Shown one piece after another: positions 1 to 12,400 of a stretch of 64,000 nucleotides of DNA. The position numbers and the translations under genes are program-made. Within the stretch, counting starts at the first letter, position 1; each line of letters opens with the position of its first letter. Origin of the DNA: Azolla caroliniana. Taxonomy: Eukaryota > Plantae > Polypodiophyta. The notes beneath the pieces are model-generated. The model was not told where the DNA came from. It saw nothing but the letters and a program-made list of their open reading frames with translations, and searched no databases. The stretch is from assembly GCA_043228905.1 (NCBI GenBank), contig JBHGNT010000007.1, forward strand, positions 20,584,001-20,648,000, written 5' to 3'.

Positions 1-122
1 ATAAAAGATCTACTTCTGAGGGATAATTGGTAACACCCTTGGGAATGATTGATTGTAGGCGAGGGAATCAATCCCCATATAATATTTTTGGGTAGGATAA
101 ATGACAGTCTTGTGATGGAGAG

Positions 123-677
123 TAGCAATGGGCACGGTTTCGGCTCAAACCAAACCAAACCGTTAAGCCATGGTTTAACGGTTTACTGGTTCCAATTTTT
201 TTTTAATGGTTTGGTTTGGTTTGGATTCTCGATAAATGGTTCGGTTCGGTTCTAAAACTCGGGTTTATAGGTTTAGTTTAAAGGTTTTCGGTTAACTGTT
301 TTTTTTATACCTTAATAGTTAATTGATATAATGGTTTAATTAATGGTTTTTTATTGATTTAATTAATTTAACTTAAATGTTTATTTAATTTAATGGTTCA
401 ATTAAAGTTTCTTTTATTGATTTAATAAATTTAACTTAAATGCTTATTTAATTTAATGTATTTTTGTTTCTTTAGATATTTAACTAGTTCGACTTAAGTG
501 GTTAGGTTTAAATTTTTTTATTAAATGGTTCGGTTTGGTTTTACATTTCCCTAAACGGTTTGGTTTAAACTTGTTCTTAAATGGTTTGGTTTAAATACTG
601 AGAGTTCATAAACGGTTTGGTTTGGTTTCTTTGCCTTGAAACTGAACTGAACCGAAACCGAACCGTGCCCATTGCTA
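123..677. mobile_element. hAT-superfamily MITE (non-autonomous DNA transposon)
   Basis: 17-bp perfect terminal inverted repeat TAGCAATGGGCACGGTT; 8-bp TSD ATGGAGAG at 115-122 and 678-685; many subterminal AAACC/GGTTT motifs; AT-rich non-coding core. Confidence 0.92.
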
Positions 678-1340
678 ATGGAGAGGCAACAAGTTTTGGG
701 GAAAGTCTAAAGGCTTCCCCTAGACTTGAAGTGAGCCTTAATATCTCCTTTCAACAAAAATAAATACGAGCAATAAAATCACACATAGAGTAATTATCTA
801 ATTATAAATTAAAATAATGAGAAAACATTCCATTACATCATTGTTTAAATTTCGTAGTTTGCCATGAAATGCTCATATTCTCCAATTTTTTGTATATAAT
901 CCATCATGATATGCCATTTTGTCCAATCTATGTTAAGTACATACTATACATTATTGCAAAGCTACATGCATACATGTGAATTGTGAGCAACACCACCGAG
1001 GACTTGAACCAAGGAAGCTGGGTTTGGCTAGATTTGATGACTTCAAGACCATCATCAATATCAATTGTAGTCAATCCTAGCTTTCTTCATATGATTTGAT
1101 AGATTTTGACAATGTGACTCGTGTGTCTGTGTATGTGAAATCCTACGTGTAGGTATACATTTGAGGACATGTATTGACGTTTAGGTTTATGTAATTGCCT
1201 TGCATATGTGTGTATAGATTTGAATGTGTCTTTGTATGAATATATGAATGTGTATGTTTTTTATATATTGATATCTGGAAGTGTGTAACTGTGTATGTAT
1301 ATGTATTTGTATTTATGTGTAAATTTATTGTTTACTCTGG

Positions 1341-1813
1341 GTTGGAATTAGCCTCAAACACAAGGTGTTCGTTTCGGAACACTTCACCAAAGTGGTGGTT
1401 AAGGGATGGATGTTATCCGGCTATCCGATTCCGATCCGACTAATTCCAGTTACTTCCGGGTTGTTAAGACCAAGCAGATTAGTTACAACACGCGTAAGAT
1501 TAAAAATTGAAGCGTAGAACGACAACTACACAGAGACACAATAGAATTAAAACAGAAGACTAATCTTATATTAGTTCCGTTAAACCAATTACATCGATTC
1601 CAGACCCTTTTATAAGCATTCGGTAGGAAATACAAAACGGTGCCTTACCGGCTACCGGCACTATTAATTGGTGCGGATCCAGATTGGTACAACTGTTTGG
1701 ATCCGTTTGTTCCTATAATATTTCCTAACTAATAATTATGATTCTAATTATAATATTATTCTCTGACTCGTCCTTGTACACATTAACCCTCCGGATCATA
1801 CTCTAGGCCAACA
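1341..1813 (-). mobile_element. Probable solo LTR
   Basis: GTTGG...CCAACA termini; imperfect 5-bp TSD TCTGG/TTTGG; minus strand has TATAAAA followed by TGTAA/AATATAA, an LTR-like U3-R-U5 layout. Confidence 0.55.
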
Positions 1814-3956
1814 TTTGGGTGGGTTTGTCGTTAATTGACTTGTACACCATGTTAGTCATGTGATCTCTCTACATTTATTATGTACATACACATTGACATC
1901 ATTGTCGTTCTTTGACTTGTACACCCTGCTAGTCATATCCTTGTGATATGTTCTTCTCTCCGTTAATCATCTTCTTCGGCTACTATTTCTTCTTGCCGCT
2001 CTGTTGGCTATGTTGTATTGAAGAGTTGTAACCTTTGAGCACTCATTTCCATAAACAAGCCATTTGGCTATGTAATGTATTGAATAAATATAGAACAATT
2101 TTGCCAAAATCTGTTCTATCTAGCCATTACTCCCTATTTGTATAGTTGCATATTACTATATATTTGTATCTATCAAATAAAACTAGAGATAATCCTTGGA
2201 TATTTGATTGATTTTTCATCAAGACAAGGGATCACCCTCCTCTGTAAAATGGCACAATACTCAATTCTTGCAAACATTTTGAACACACATAAACTTTCAT
2301 TACTAAAGTTAACAAAGCAAAACTATTGCATTTGGAGGGTTCGACTTGAATTATTATTCCAACACTACAAACTTTTGGATGTAGGGTCAAGAGCATGACC
2401 AAAACCTATTGCCTTTGGACCTGATCAAGTCATCTGGGAAGAGAAATACCTCGTGGAAAAGATGGAACTGCTAGTGTATATATCAAATGTTCATGGAGAA
2501 GCAATAAGAAAGCTACAAACTTTGCATCAAATTTGGGAGAAACTGAAGTCACAATATGAACCAAAGACCGATGCAACACAAGTGCACACACTACATGCAT
2601 CTGTCACAAGACCGACTAAAGGAGGAATGAAGTTCATTAAGTCTTATTGCAACATTTGCAAAAGACTAGGACACACACCACAAGAATGTAAAGTAAAGCA
2701 AAGGATTCCAAGATTACCAAGCAACATTTGTCAACCCCAAGTGCACATTGTAGTAGAATTAGAGGAAGAGAAAAATGAAGAAGAAAAGGAAAATGAGAAA
2801 GAAGAAGTTTATGCCGCCTGGATGGAAGAAAACGATGAATATGAAGAAGAAGGCTACAATGACTTGATGCAAGCTTTTGTGGCTAAAGCGCTTATCATGG
2901 ATATACCAACAAAGAAGGATGACAAATGGTATCTTGATTCTTGACACAGGAGCAACATTCAAATCATCTCACACATTGATCAAATTGTCTTTAAAGTTAC
3001 ACACCCCTCCTAAATCCAATAACCGTTAGATTTGGCAATAATGGAGTAAAATAAGCATTAGGTAAATGCCAACTTATTTTTAATCTCCCCAAAGGATGAA
3101 ACTTCATCATCGATGATGTGTACCACATGCATGGTATCACAAAGAACCTCCTATTAATAAGTCAAGCAACTTCGATTATAACCAAACCGTTATTCTTAAT
3201 TCACTCTTGAACGACCTCATAATATGAGCTTCTTGCAAAAGAAAACCTCAAGGGTTATATCCAATTAGTGTACATCCAATAACCCAATCGAAAATTGAAG
3301 TTCACACAACAAAAATCAAAAGAAAACAAGAACTCACTTTGCTTTGGCCCAACTGACTCGAACATCCACATCTTGCTGCTATGCAAACAATCCAAACTCA
3401 CAATCTCGCTGAAGGAATCCCACAGGATATGTTCTACAAACGCGACCTATGCGAAGCGTGCTTATTTGGCAAAATAACACCTTCAAAGTTTCCAACAAGT
3501 AATTCACAAAGAAGTCGACCTCTAGAATTTGTTCATAGTGACATATGTGGTCAATTCCCTAGTACTCAATCACTTTTAAAATATAAATATTTCATTAGTT
3601 TCATCAACGATTATGCAAGGTTTACAATATTAACATTCCTCAATAGTAAAGACCAAGCCTTCACTGCCTTTCAAAACTACAAACCACTAACAGAAAAACA
3701 ACTAAATCAACAATTAAAATGTCTACATTCTAAAAGAGGAGGAGAATATACATCTAACAAGTTCACAAATTTTTACAAAGACCATGGAATTAAACAACAA
3801 ATTTTTGTTCCCTTGACACCACAACAAAATGGCCTAGTTGAACAAAAGAATCGAACTCTCCTTAATTTGGCCTAAAGCATGCTTAGCCTAGAATCACTTC
3901 CACCCTCATTTTGGGAAGTTGTCGCCATAGCATGTTTGAATACTTGGGTTAATCAC

Positions 3957-4355
3957 ACCATATGAGTTATGGTTCAAACATGTAGGATCTTAAGATTTTC
4001 CGCTGCCTTGAATCCGCCTTCATTCCTGTTGATAAACGATCTAAGTTAGAGCAACGTGCTAGAAAATTGATCTTTATCGGAAATAGAGATGCAAACTACT
4101 ACAAAGCTTACTGTTTGTTCGACCTCACCAAGAACACCGTCTTCTATAGACGAACCATATGAGTTATGGTTCAAACATGTAGGATCTTAAGATTTTCCGC
4201 TGCCTTGCATCCGCCTTCATTCCTGTTGATAAACGATCTAAGTTAGAGCAACGTGCTAGAAAATTGATCTTTATCGGAAATAGAGATGCAAACTACTACA
4301 AAGCTTACAGTTTGTTCGACCTCACCAAGAACACCGTCTTCTATAGACGAACCAT
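3957..4355 (+). repeat. 197-bp tandem duplication inside element A
   Basis: Near-identical units 3957-4153 and 4154-4350, bounded by ACCAT microhomology. Confidence 0.93.
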
Positions 4356-5491
4356 CAAATTCAATGAGTCGACTCTTCTCAACTCCACAAAACCTAATCA
4401 CTACCTTATAAATGATCTTCTTGTAAGCAATGAAGAAGGTGAACAAATAAAAGATAATGCCAATATTCGTCATCTTGATGTCGATGTGACCACTACAATC
4501 CGCTGTCATTTCTTGGCCATAAAACAACGCCATTGCCATTACTGACTACCGCCGACCGCTGCACTCAAAACAATGTCACTAATGCCATGAGCCACTCTCC
4601 AAACATCGATATTGCCATTGCCATCTACCGCCCTCAATAATAGCGCCGCGATCGTTATCACCGCTAGCCACCGACAGAACTTTGATGGTGACTCCGCTAT
4701 CATATATCGCCACCTTGCTCAAAACCACAAGCATAAGACAGGATTTGTAAATCGATACGTTGTAATTCCTCATTCTCTTATACATGTTGATCAACCACCA
4801 CCTCTACCCCTTCCATCTCCTTCGATCTCCTTAGCATCTCGACCCCCTTGCATCTCCTCCAATCTCCTTTGTTCTAAGAACTCCACCCACGTGCCTTCGT
4901 TTGCACAAACGACCAACTTTTAATTTTAGAATTAATAAAAATAAAAGTAAAAGAAAATTTACACAATTAAAGCTTGGTCGTATTTGCATCAACCAACGTA
5001 AACCAACCATCCAAAATAAACTAAATAACAATATTCACACAAATCTTGAAATTGCCTACACATTGTCCAAACCTACATATACTCACTCATAACCTCACAA
5101 ACACATCTGCATCCACCTCGTCTTCCCCATAGTTAAATACACCAAACACCTCTCCACTCCCTTCATCAAATTTCTTGAGCACTAATAAATATATTCTTCA
5201 AAGCCCTCATACTCATCAAACCATTCCGCCATTTCATTTTCACTCACCCGATGTCACCAACGGTTATTTAACCAACTCAAAACTAAAACCCTAGCAAGAC
5301 TATCCAAACTCCTTGGATAACAATTCCCCACCTCACCACATGCGCTCCTTGGCTTTAGAAAAAGATAGATGCTATTGGAAACATTATACGCTTCAAATCT
5401 CATCTCGTAGATCGTGGTTTCTCACAAATACCCATAATCGACTTCAAAGACACATTCAGCCCTACATTGCGAGGAATCACATTTTGCATAT

Positions 5492-5494
<3 letters not shown>

Positions 5495-5527
<33 letters not shown>
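5495..5527. repeat. (TC)n microsatellite inside RT of element A
   Basis: About 16 TC units. Confidence 0.95.
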
Positions 5528-5531
<4 letters not shown>

Positions 5532-6824
5532 AACTCAAATTGGAAGTCCATCACTTAGATGTTCAAACCCTTTTCTTTCATGGAGAACTCGAAGAAGAGA
5601 TCTATATGCAACAACTACCACATTTCGAAGATTCAACTCAACCAAATGTTGTATGTTGCCTACACCAATCATTATACAGTTTACGACAATCTCCACGACT
5701 TTGGTACCATCGACTTCATTATTTTTTAACTAACACTGGGTATAACGGATTAAAGAATGAACCAAATGTATTAAAAGAGCTAAGAATAATTTCATCATAA
5801 TCATTGTTCTCTTGAAGTAACGCAATAGTCGTTACTTGCCAACTCACCTACTTATCTACAAATTGCAAAGAATGAAGTTCAACACAATTTTTCAATAACT
5901 AATTTTAGTCCAATGAAGTACTTCCTCGGAATGAACCTATCTAAAGAGATCATGCTAAAGGAACCATTTCTCTCTCTCAAACTCAATGCATTGAAAGTGT
6001 ATTAAAACGTTTGGACATGCTACATTCCAAGCCAATCTCTACACCCATGTCAATTGCGTGCAAGTTATCAATCGAAGATGCTTCTAGAGCTCTCAAAGAA
6101 TGAGATGCGATGCTCAATGTTCCTTCCAAGAAAATCCTTTGATGTAGACGTTACCTTGGTAGTTGTACACGCCCCAATTTATGCTTCATTAATGGAATTC
6201 TTTCAAGATTTCTACAGGACCTAGGACCCAAACATTGGAAAGTGTTAAAACGACCATTGTGCTATCTTGTTGAGATACAAGCTCAACATTGGGTGTGTAA
6301 ACCGGTGCGTAGACTGGGTGCGTAACTAAAGGCCATATTGGTGCGTAAACCAAGAGGCCGTTGGATAGATATTCCGTAGAGGAATATATTTTGGGAGTTA
6401 GTGTGGGTGCTCATTGATGAGCATTGAAGTACGAGTGAGTACTTCTGTCAGTCCGTGTGGACTTGTATAAAAGTGCTCCCTGAACACATACTATGTACAT
6501 AGCATATTGTATTGTTTGAATTAAGTTTCTCTGTCTCTCCCGCGTACTCCATGTTTTCTTTTGTTCTAAGCCTTCCATTAAACCTTCTGTTCGTTATTCT
6601 GTTGTATATATAGCTTCCGCACATAACTTTTTCATGGTATTAGAGCACCAGGGTTGAGACTCCTCTGCAGCTAACAGAAAAGCAAGAGAACAAGACAGAG
6701 ACAAGTTCTCAGTTTCGGAAAAGAAAAGAAGGAAAGAAATGGACAGAAACATCGCAAACTCGCTTCCTATGGAAAAGCTTGACCGGAGCAACTATGCGTT
6801 TTGGTCGTACAAGATGCACCAGTA

Positions 6825-7314
6825 TGTTGGGGATATGTCCCTCCAGTGGGAGGAACCGACTGTTCGGAAGTAGCCGACAGTCGAAGAGTTGACAACATAG
6901 AGTTGATTGTTTATTATTATAGCAATAATAATAATCATGATATGTAGCAATGGCTACAATTGTAAATAGGCTATACGATGTATCTAGGGCAAAATATAGA
7001 GTGTGTGTAGACTGTAGAGGTGGAACAAAAGTGTGTGTGAGAGAGATGCGCGTGCGTGAGAGAGAGTGAGCAAGCGGCGCCATAGCTGTGTGTGCAACAG
7101 CAGACACCGAGAGCCCTGTGCGGCTGATACACTCGCAAGGAGTGTTGTAATCTTTCAATTGTACATCCACTGTATAGTGAAGTTCTGTTCACCCGTGGTA
7201 TTCTCCCGTTTTAGGGTTTCCACGTAAAACTCTGTGTACTGTGTCGTTGTGTGTCTGTGTTGTGTATTTTCAGCATTGTTTTGTTCTTGAGGTTTTACAA
7301 ATCGATTCTCAACA
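6825..7314 (+). mobile_element. Solo LTR (Copia type) inserted in gag of element B
   Basis: TGTTG...CAACA termini; TSD CAGTA/CAATA; B gag reading resumes across it (MHQY|SLGHAYW); U5 motif CCGTGG...TAGGGTTTCCACGT shared with the LTRs of C, I and J. Confidence 0.9.
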
Positions 7315-9488
7315 CAATATTCACTGGGGCACGCCTACTGGCGCTATGTAGAAGGAGTAAATGTAGCAGTGTCGGAGTTAACACAGAAGGAATGTCTGGT
7401 GTGGGAACAAGGAACGAGCAGAGTGTTGTACTATCTCGCATCCTGCGTGCATGACCAGATGCTTGGCTAAATTAGAGACGCGAGGACACCGAAGGAGGCT
7501 TGAGAAAATCTGAAAAAGATTTTCGCCGCAAGTACCACGAATTAGAAGTTGCAGCTCAGGCAAGAGCTCAATAGTATTCGGCAAAGGGACATGTCAGTAC
7601 TGACTACACCACGAAGGTAAAGGAGATCTGTGACGCATTAGGGTTCATCAATGTCACGGTGGATGAAGACGAAATGGTACAGGTTTGCCTTGGTGGTCTA
7701 GCGTAAAGGTACGCGCCTATCTGGACGGATATTTGCACTCGGGAGAAAACATCATCCTTCTTCGACTTACAATCAATGCTGATGGTTGAAGAAAACCACG
7801 CGAGTGGGTTACAGACCACTCCATCGGACAACCGAATGCTGTACATAGAGGCGGAACGGTCCTGTGGGTGTGGAGGACGAGGTGGGTCGGCACACAACAG
7901 TGGCGGCTGACAAGAGCAGGAAAGAAGGCACAGAGGAAGTGCCGACAACTGTTCCTGACCCTCCACTAGTAGCGGGAGTCAAGGCGGCGCTAGAAATCGA
8001 CAATCAAAGGCCGAATCGGAATGCTAGTATTGTGGCAAGAAGGGCCACAAGGAGAGCGAGTGCTGGAAGAAGCACGCTGATTCGGAGAAGTCCGGATCCG
8101 GATCCGGATTCGGGCGGACCGAACAAGGAAATCGGCATCGATCGTAGTACGCCGGAGGATCCGAATAAGTTAGAAAAGGGCTAGCATTCGTGATGAGACA
8201 TGAGGCAAATTCGATGAACGTGACCACCATGAAATCGGATTAAGTATGGTACGTTGACTCCGGAGTGTCGAACCATATGCCGAGCCATGAAGAGTGGTTT
8301 TCGTATCTAGAGAAACCGGTGCAACCAGGAGTGATCGGAACAGGAGACGACACTCCACATCCGATTGAACATGTCGGTGAACTTCCCCTCAGCCACGTTG
8401 GACAGAAAGGGAAGCTTATGAATGTGTTACATGTCACGACAATAACAAAGAATCTAGTGTCGGTCGGATAGATCGTCGACCAGGGGATGCAAGTGTGATT
8501 CACGCATCTCGGGTGCTTCATCGAGGATGAGGGGCCAAATTATTGCGCAAGGGCGTAGAGACGAGAGGATGTTCATCCTCGACAACAATGATGCTAGGAC
8601 CGCTTTGTTTGCGAAAGGACAAAAAGTTGAGTCAGATATTGACTTATGGAATAAGCGGATAGGCCAACTACAAGAGGCTTCAGAACCTGCAATCGAAACA
8701 AGTTGTGTTCAGATTTCTGAAATTTAGTGGCCATAAGGCTCCAATTTGTGAAGCTTACCAGCTAGGGAAGCAACACTGACTTCCTTTCCCAAACGAGCGT
8801 AACCAGAGTCGAAATACGCTCGACTTGATACACTCAGATGTATGGGGATTGGCACAGAATGTAAGTCTTGGCGGGAGTCGATATTTCGTCTCCTTCATCG
8901 ATGGCTACAACCGGTACACATGGATCTACCTCATCAAAAAGAAGAGTGAATTCTTCGACTGTTTCCGCAACCTGAAAAATCTTGTTGAAAGGGAAATAGA
9001 GAGGAAGATCAAGTGCTTGCGGTCGGATGGTGGAAAATAGTACTTTTCCGGCCAATTCAACTATTATCTACAACAAATGGGAATTCGACGTGAATCAGTT
9101 GCAGATATACGCTGGAACAAAATGGCGTGGCCGAAAGCAGGAATCGTTCAGTTGTGGAAGTGGCACAGGCGATGCTGGAAGAAAAGAGCATGCCCACGCT
9201 TTATTGGGCTGAAGTGGTACGAACTGCGGTCTACATCCAAAATCGAATCGGAGAAAAGGTGTCTGCACATGAGTTGTATTTCGGAAGGAAGCCGAACCTA
9301 CGACACCTGAGGGTATTCAGGAGCATTGCCTAGGTGCACGTACCTGATGAGAAGCGAAGGAAGCTGGACCCGAAGTTTGAGAAATGCGTGTTGGTCAGCT
9401 CAAAAGAGTTATAAGTGCTATAACCCCCGAACCAAACAAGTTTGAGTGAGCCGAGATGTCGTATTCGACGAATCCACGTCGTGATACT

Positions 9489-12400
9489 TGTTGGGAATCG
9501 ACGCTTCTATTCACCTTCACCACTCGGTCACAACCGATTAATCGCGGATCAATGCAGCAGAAAATAGGAACCACACGGAGAAACAAAAAAAACGCGAGCA
9601 CACAGGGATTAACGTGGAAAACCCTAGACGGGAAAAACCACGGGAGTACAAGACTCCAAACCAACACTATACAGAGAAGTATACAATGGCGAGCTGCAAG
9701 GCGACGACCTTGAGCTCGCTGTCCTCGCCACAGGCGGCGGAAATACACAGAGGCGTCTACCTCTTCCTCTCTCGCGCTCTATCTCTCTCTCTCTCTCACG
9801 GCTGCTCTCTCTTCACTCCTCTTGAGTGGAAAAACAGGAAAATGATCAGCAAGCAAAAAATAGTTTGCCCTAAGTCATATTTATGCATATATGACTTTGG
9901 GGCTATTTACAACTATAGCCTCAGGGGCCCATAGCAAACATATTCACGGATATGTCCCTGCATCCGGATCGCTCTCCGGGTACATTCGTCATCCGGCACC
10001 GAAGCCGGGGTCTTCGTCATCCGGATCCGAAACCGAAACCGGGCTTGTCGGCATTCGTCTCCGACATCCGACCATCCCATCCGAAGGGACCGAAATCCCA
10101 ACAAACTCCCCCTTCACTTCGGCATGGGATGTCTCTCCAATCCGATCCTCTTCCGGCATGCTTCCAGCTTGTCGGGTGTGAGGACCTTGGTCAGCATATC
10201 CGACCCGTTCTCGTCCGTGTGGATCTTTGTCAGCACGAACTCCTTGTCTTCTATCCTTTCCCGGATCCAGTGATATCTTCGCTGGATGTGCTTCGTCCGG
10301 GAGTGATAGGCCGCGTTCTTCGCAAGGTGGATTGCACTCTGACTGTCGCAGTAGAGTCAGTACTCCTCCTGTTGGATACCGAGCTCTCTAATGAAGTCCT
10401 TCATCCATATTATTTCCTTGCCGGCTTCAACAGCCGCCATGTACTCCGCCTCCGTGGTTGACAACGCAACCGTCTTCTGCAGCCTCGACTGCCATGAAAT
10501 AGCTCCCCCTGCATACGTCATCACATACCCTGATGTGGACCGGCTGGTATCTGCATCAGCCGACATATCCGAATCGGTGAAACCGTCGAGTTCGGGTTTA
10601 CCGGAGCCGAATCGGAGGCACACATTCGCTGTGCCCTTCAGGTATCGGAGTATCCACTTGACCGCGTTCCAATGCTCTTTGCCGGGATTGCTCATGTACC
10701 GGCTCACCACTCCGACTGCATATCCTATGTCCGGTCTCGTACACACCATGGCATACATCAAGCTCCCGACGGCTGAGGCATACGGCACTTTCATCATATC
10801 CTCCTTTTCAGCCTTTGTCTTGGGACTTTGCTTGCTGGACAGCTTGCAGTTTGCCGGGAGGGTCGATCCGACCGGTCTTGCTTCCGACATGTTGAACCGG
10901 TGAAGCACCTTCGTCACGTACTTCTCCTGTGACAGCCACAACTGCTTCTTCTTCCGGTCCCGGATGATGTGCATCCCTAGTATTTGTCTCGCCGGACCCA
11001 GGTCCTTCATTGAGAAGGTTCGGTGAAGAGCCTTCTTCAGCATCCGTATCTTGACCTGGTCCCGTCCGACGATCAACATGTCGTCCACGTACAGGAGGAG
11101 TATTAGAAAGTCTCCTCCTTCGAACTTCTTCACAAACACGCAGTGGTCGGACTGCGTTTTGAGGTACCCTTCGTCGGTCATGAAGGAGTCGAACTTCCGG
11201 TACCATTGCCGGGGAGCCTGCTTCAGTCCGTAAAGGCTCTTCTTCAACCGGCATACAAGGTGCTCCTTCCCTTTCTTCTCGAATCCTTCCGGTTGCTGCA
11301 TGTAAATCTCTTCTTCGAGGTCACCGTGAAGGAATGCCGTCTTCACGTCCATCTGTTCTACCTCGAGGTCCATGCTTGCCGCTATGCTCAGCACCATCCG
11401 GATGGAGGTCATCTTCACTACCGGGGCAAATATCTCGTCGAAGTCGACGCCCTTCTTTTGCTGAAACCCCTTCACCACGATCCTGGCTTTGTATCTCGGG
11501 GGGTTTCCGGCATCTCCCGGTTTCAGCTTGAACACCCACTTGTTTCGAAGTGCCCGATTTCCTTTCGGCAACTCCACAAGTTCATATGTGTGGTTCTCAT
11601 GCAGGGAATCCATCTCGTCCTGCATGGCACTCAACCACCTGCGGCTCTGGGTGTCATGTTTTGCTTCTTCAAAGCTCTCCGGCTCCCCCTCGTCGGTTAG
11701 CAGCACGTGCTCTGGATCCGGAAATCTCCGGGGGGCCCTCCTCTCTCTTAGAGGATATCTCCGTTCGGGAGCTTCGGTAACCGGTTCTTCCGATTCTTCT
11801 TCTTCATCCGAATCCATTTCGGGATCGGGGCCGGTTCCGGTATCATTTTCATCTTCTTCGGCCGGTTCTGTTTCTTCACCGTCTTCGGCCGGGTCCTCGA
11901 GTGCTAACCGGTCCCTTGCCGGTCGGGACTGCTCCTCGTTGAGTTGATCCTCACCGGTCGACTTGGAGCTCTTCATCTTCTTCTCCGACTCCCAGTCGGC
12001 GAGTGTCTTGTTCTCCACGAAGATGATATCACGACTCCGGAATATCTTCTTGTCGACCGGGTCCCATACTCGGTAGCCGAACTCGTCGTCGCCGTAACCG
12101 AGGAATATGCATGGCCGGGTCTTCGGATCTAGCTTTCCTCTCCGGTCCTTTGCCACATGCACGTATGCGAGACACCCGAACACCTTCAGATGCCGGTAGG
12201 ACACTTCCTTACCGGTCCACACTTTCTGCGGCGTGTCTCCGTCCAAAGGTACTGAGGGTGATCTGTTTATCACGTATGTCGCCGTCGACATTGCCTCAGC
12301 CCAAAATCCCTTGGGTAATTTCGCATGCGCCAGCATACTCCGGACCCTCTCCATTATGGTCCGGTTCATCCTCTCGGCCAGCCCGTTTAGTTCCGGCGTC

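Larger units (their letters stand above)
2249..6267 (+). pseudogene. Old degenerate Ty1/Copia gag-pol (element A)
   Basis: Gag-like KLTKQNYCIW, zinc knuckle CNICKRLGHTPQEC, protease WYLDS, integrase (FVHSDICG, PQQNGLVE), RT (HHLDVQT, LYSLRQSPRLW) in Copia order; many stops and frameshifts; cut at 6267 by element B. Confidence 0.9.

Noticed and set aside
1-757. Possible LTR end (...TTTCAACA at about 757) hosting the MITE
   Set aside because: Other terminus is outside the window and no PBS follows
1120-1330. TG/TA-rich stretch
   Set aside because: Low-complexity sequence with no defined unit
10357-10359. Programmed stop-codon readthrough in Copia C
   Set aside because: Stop lies inside RNase H, the paralogue has an Arg codon, and a CpG transition explains it
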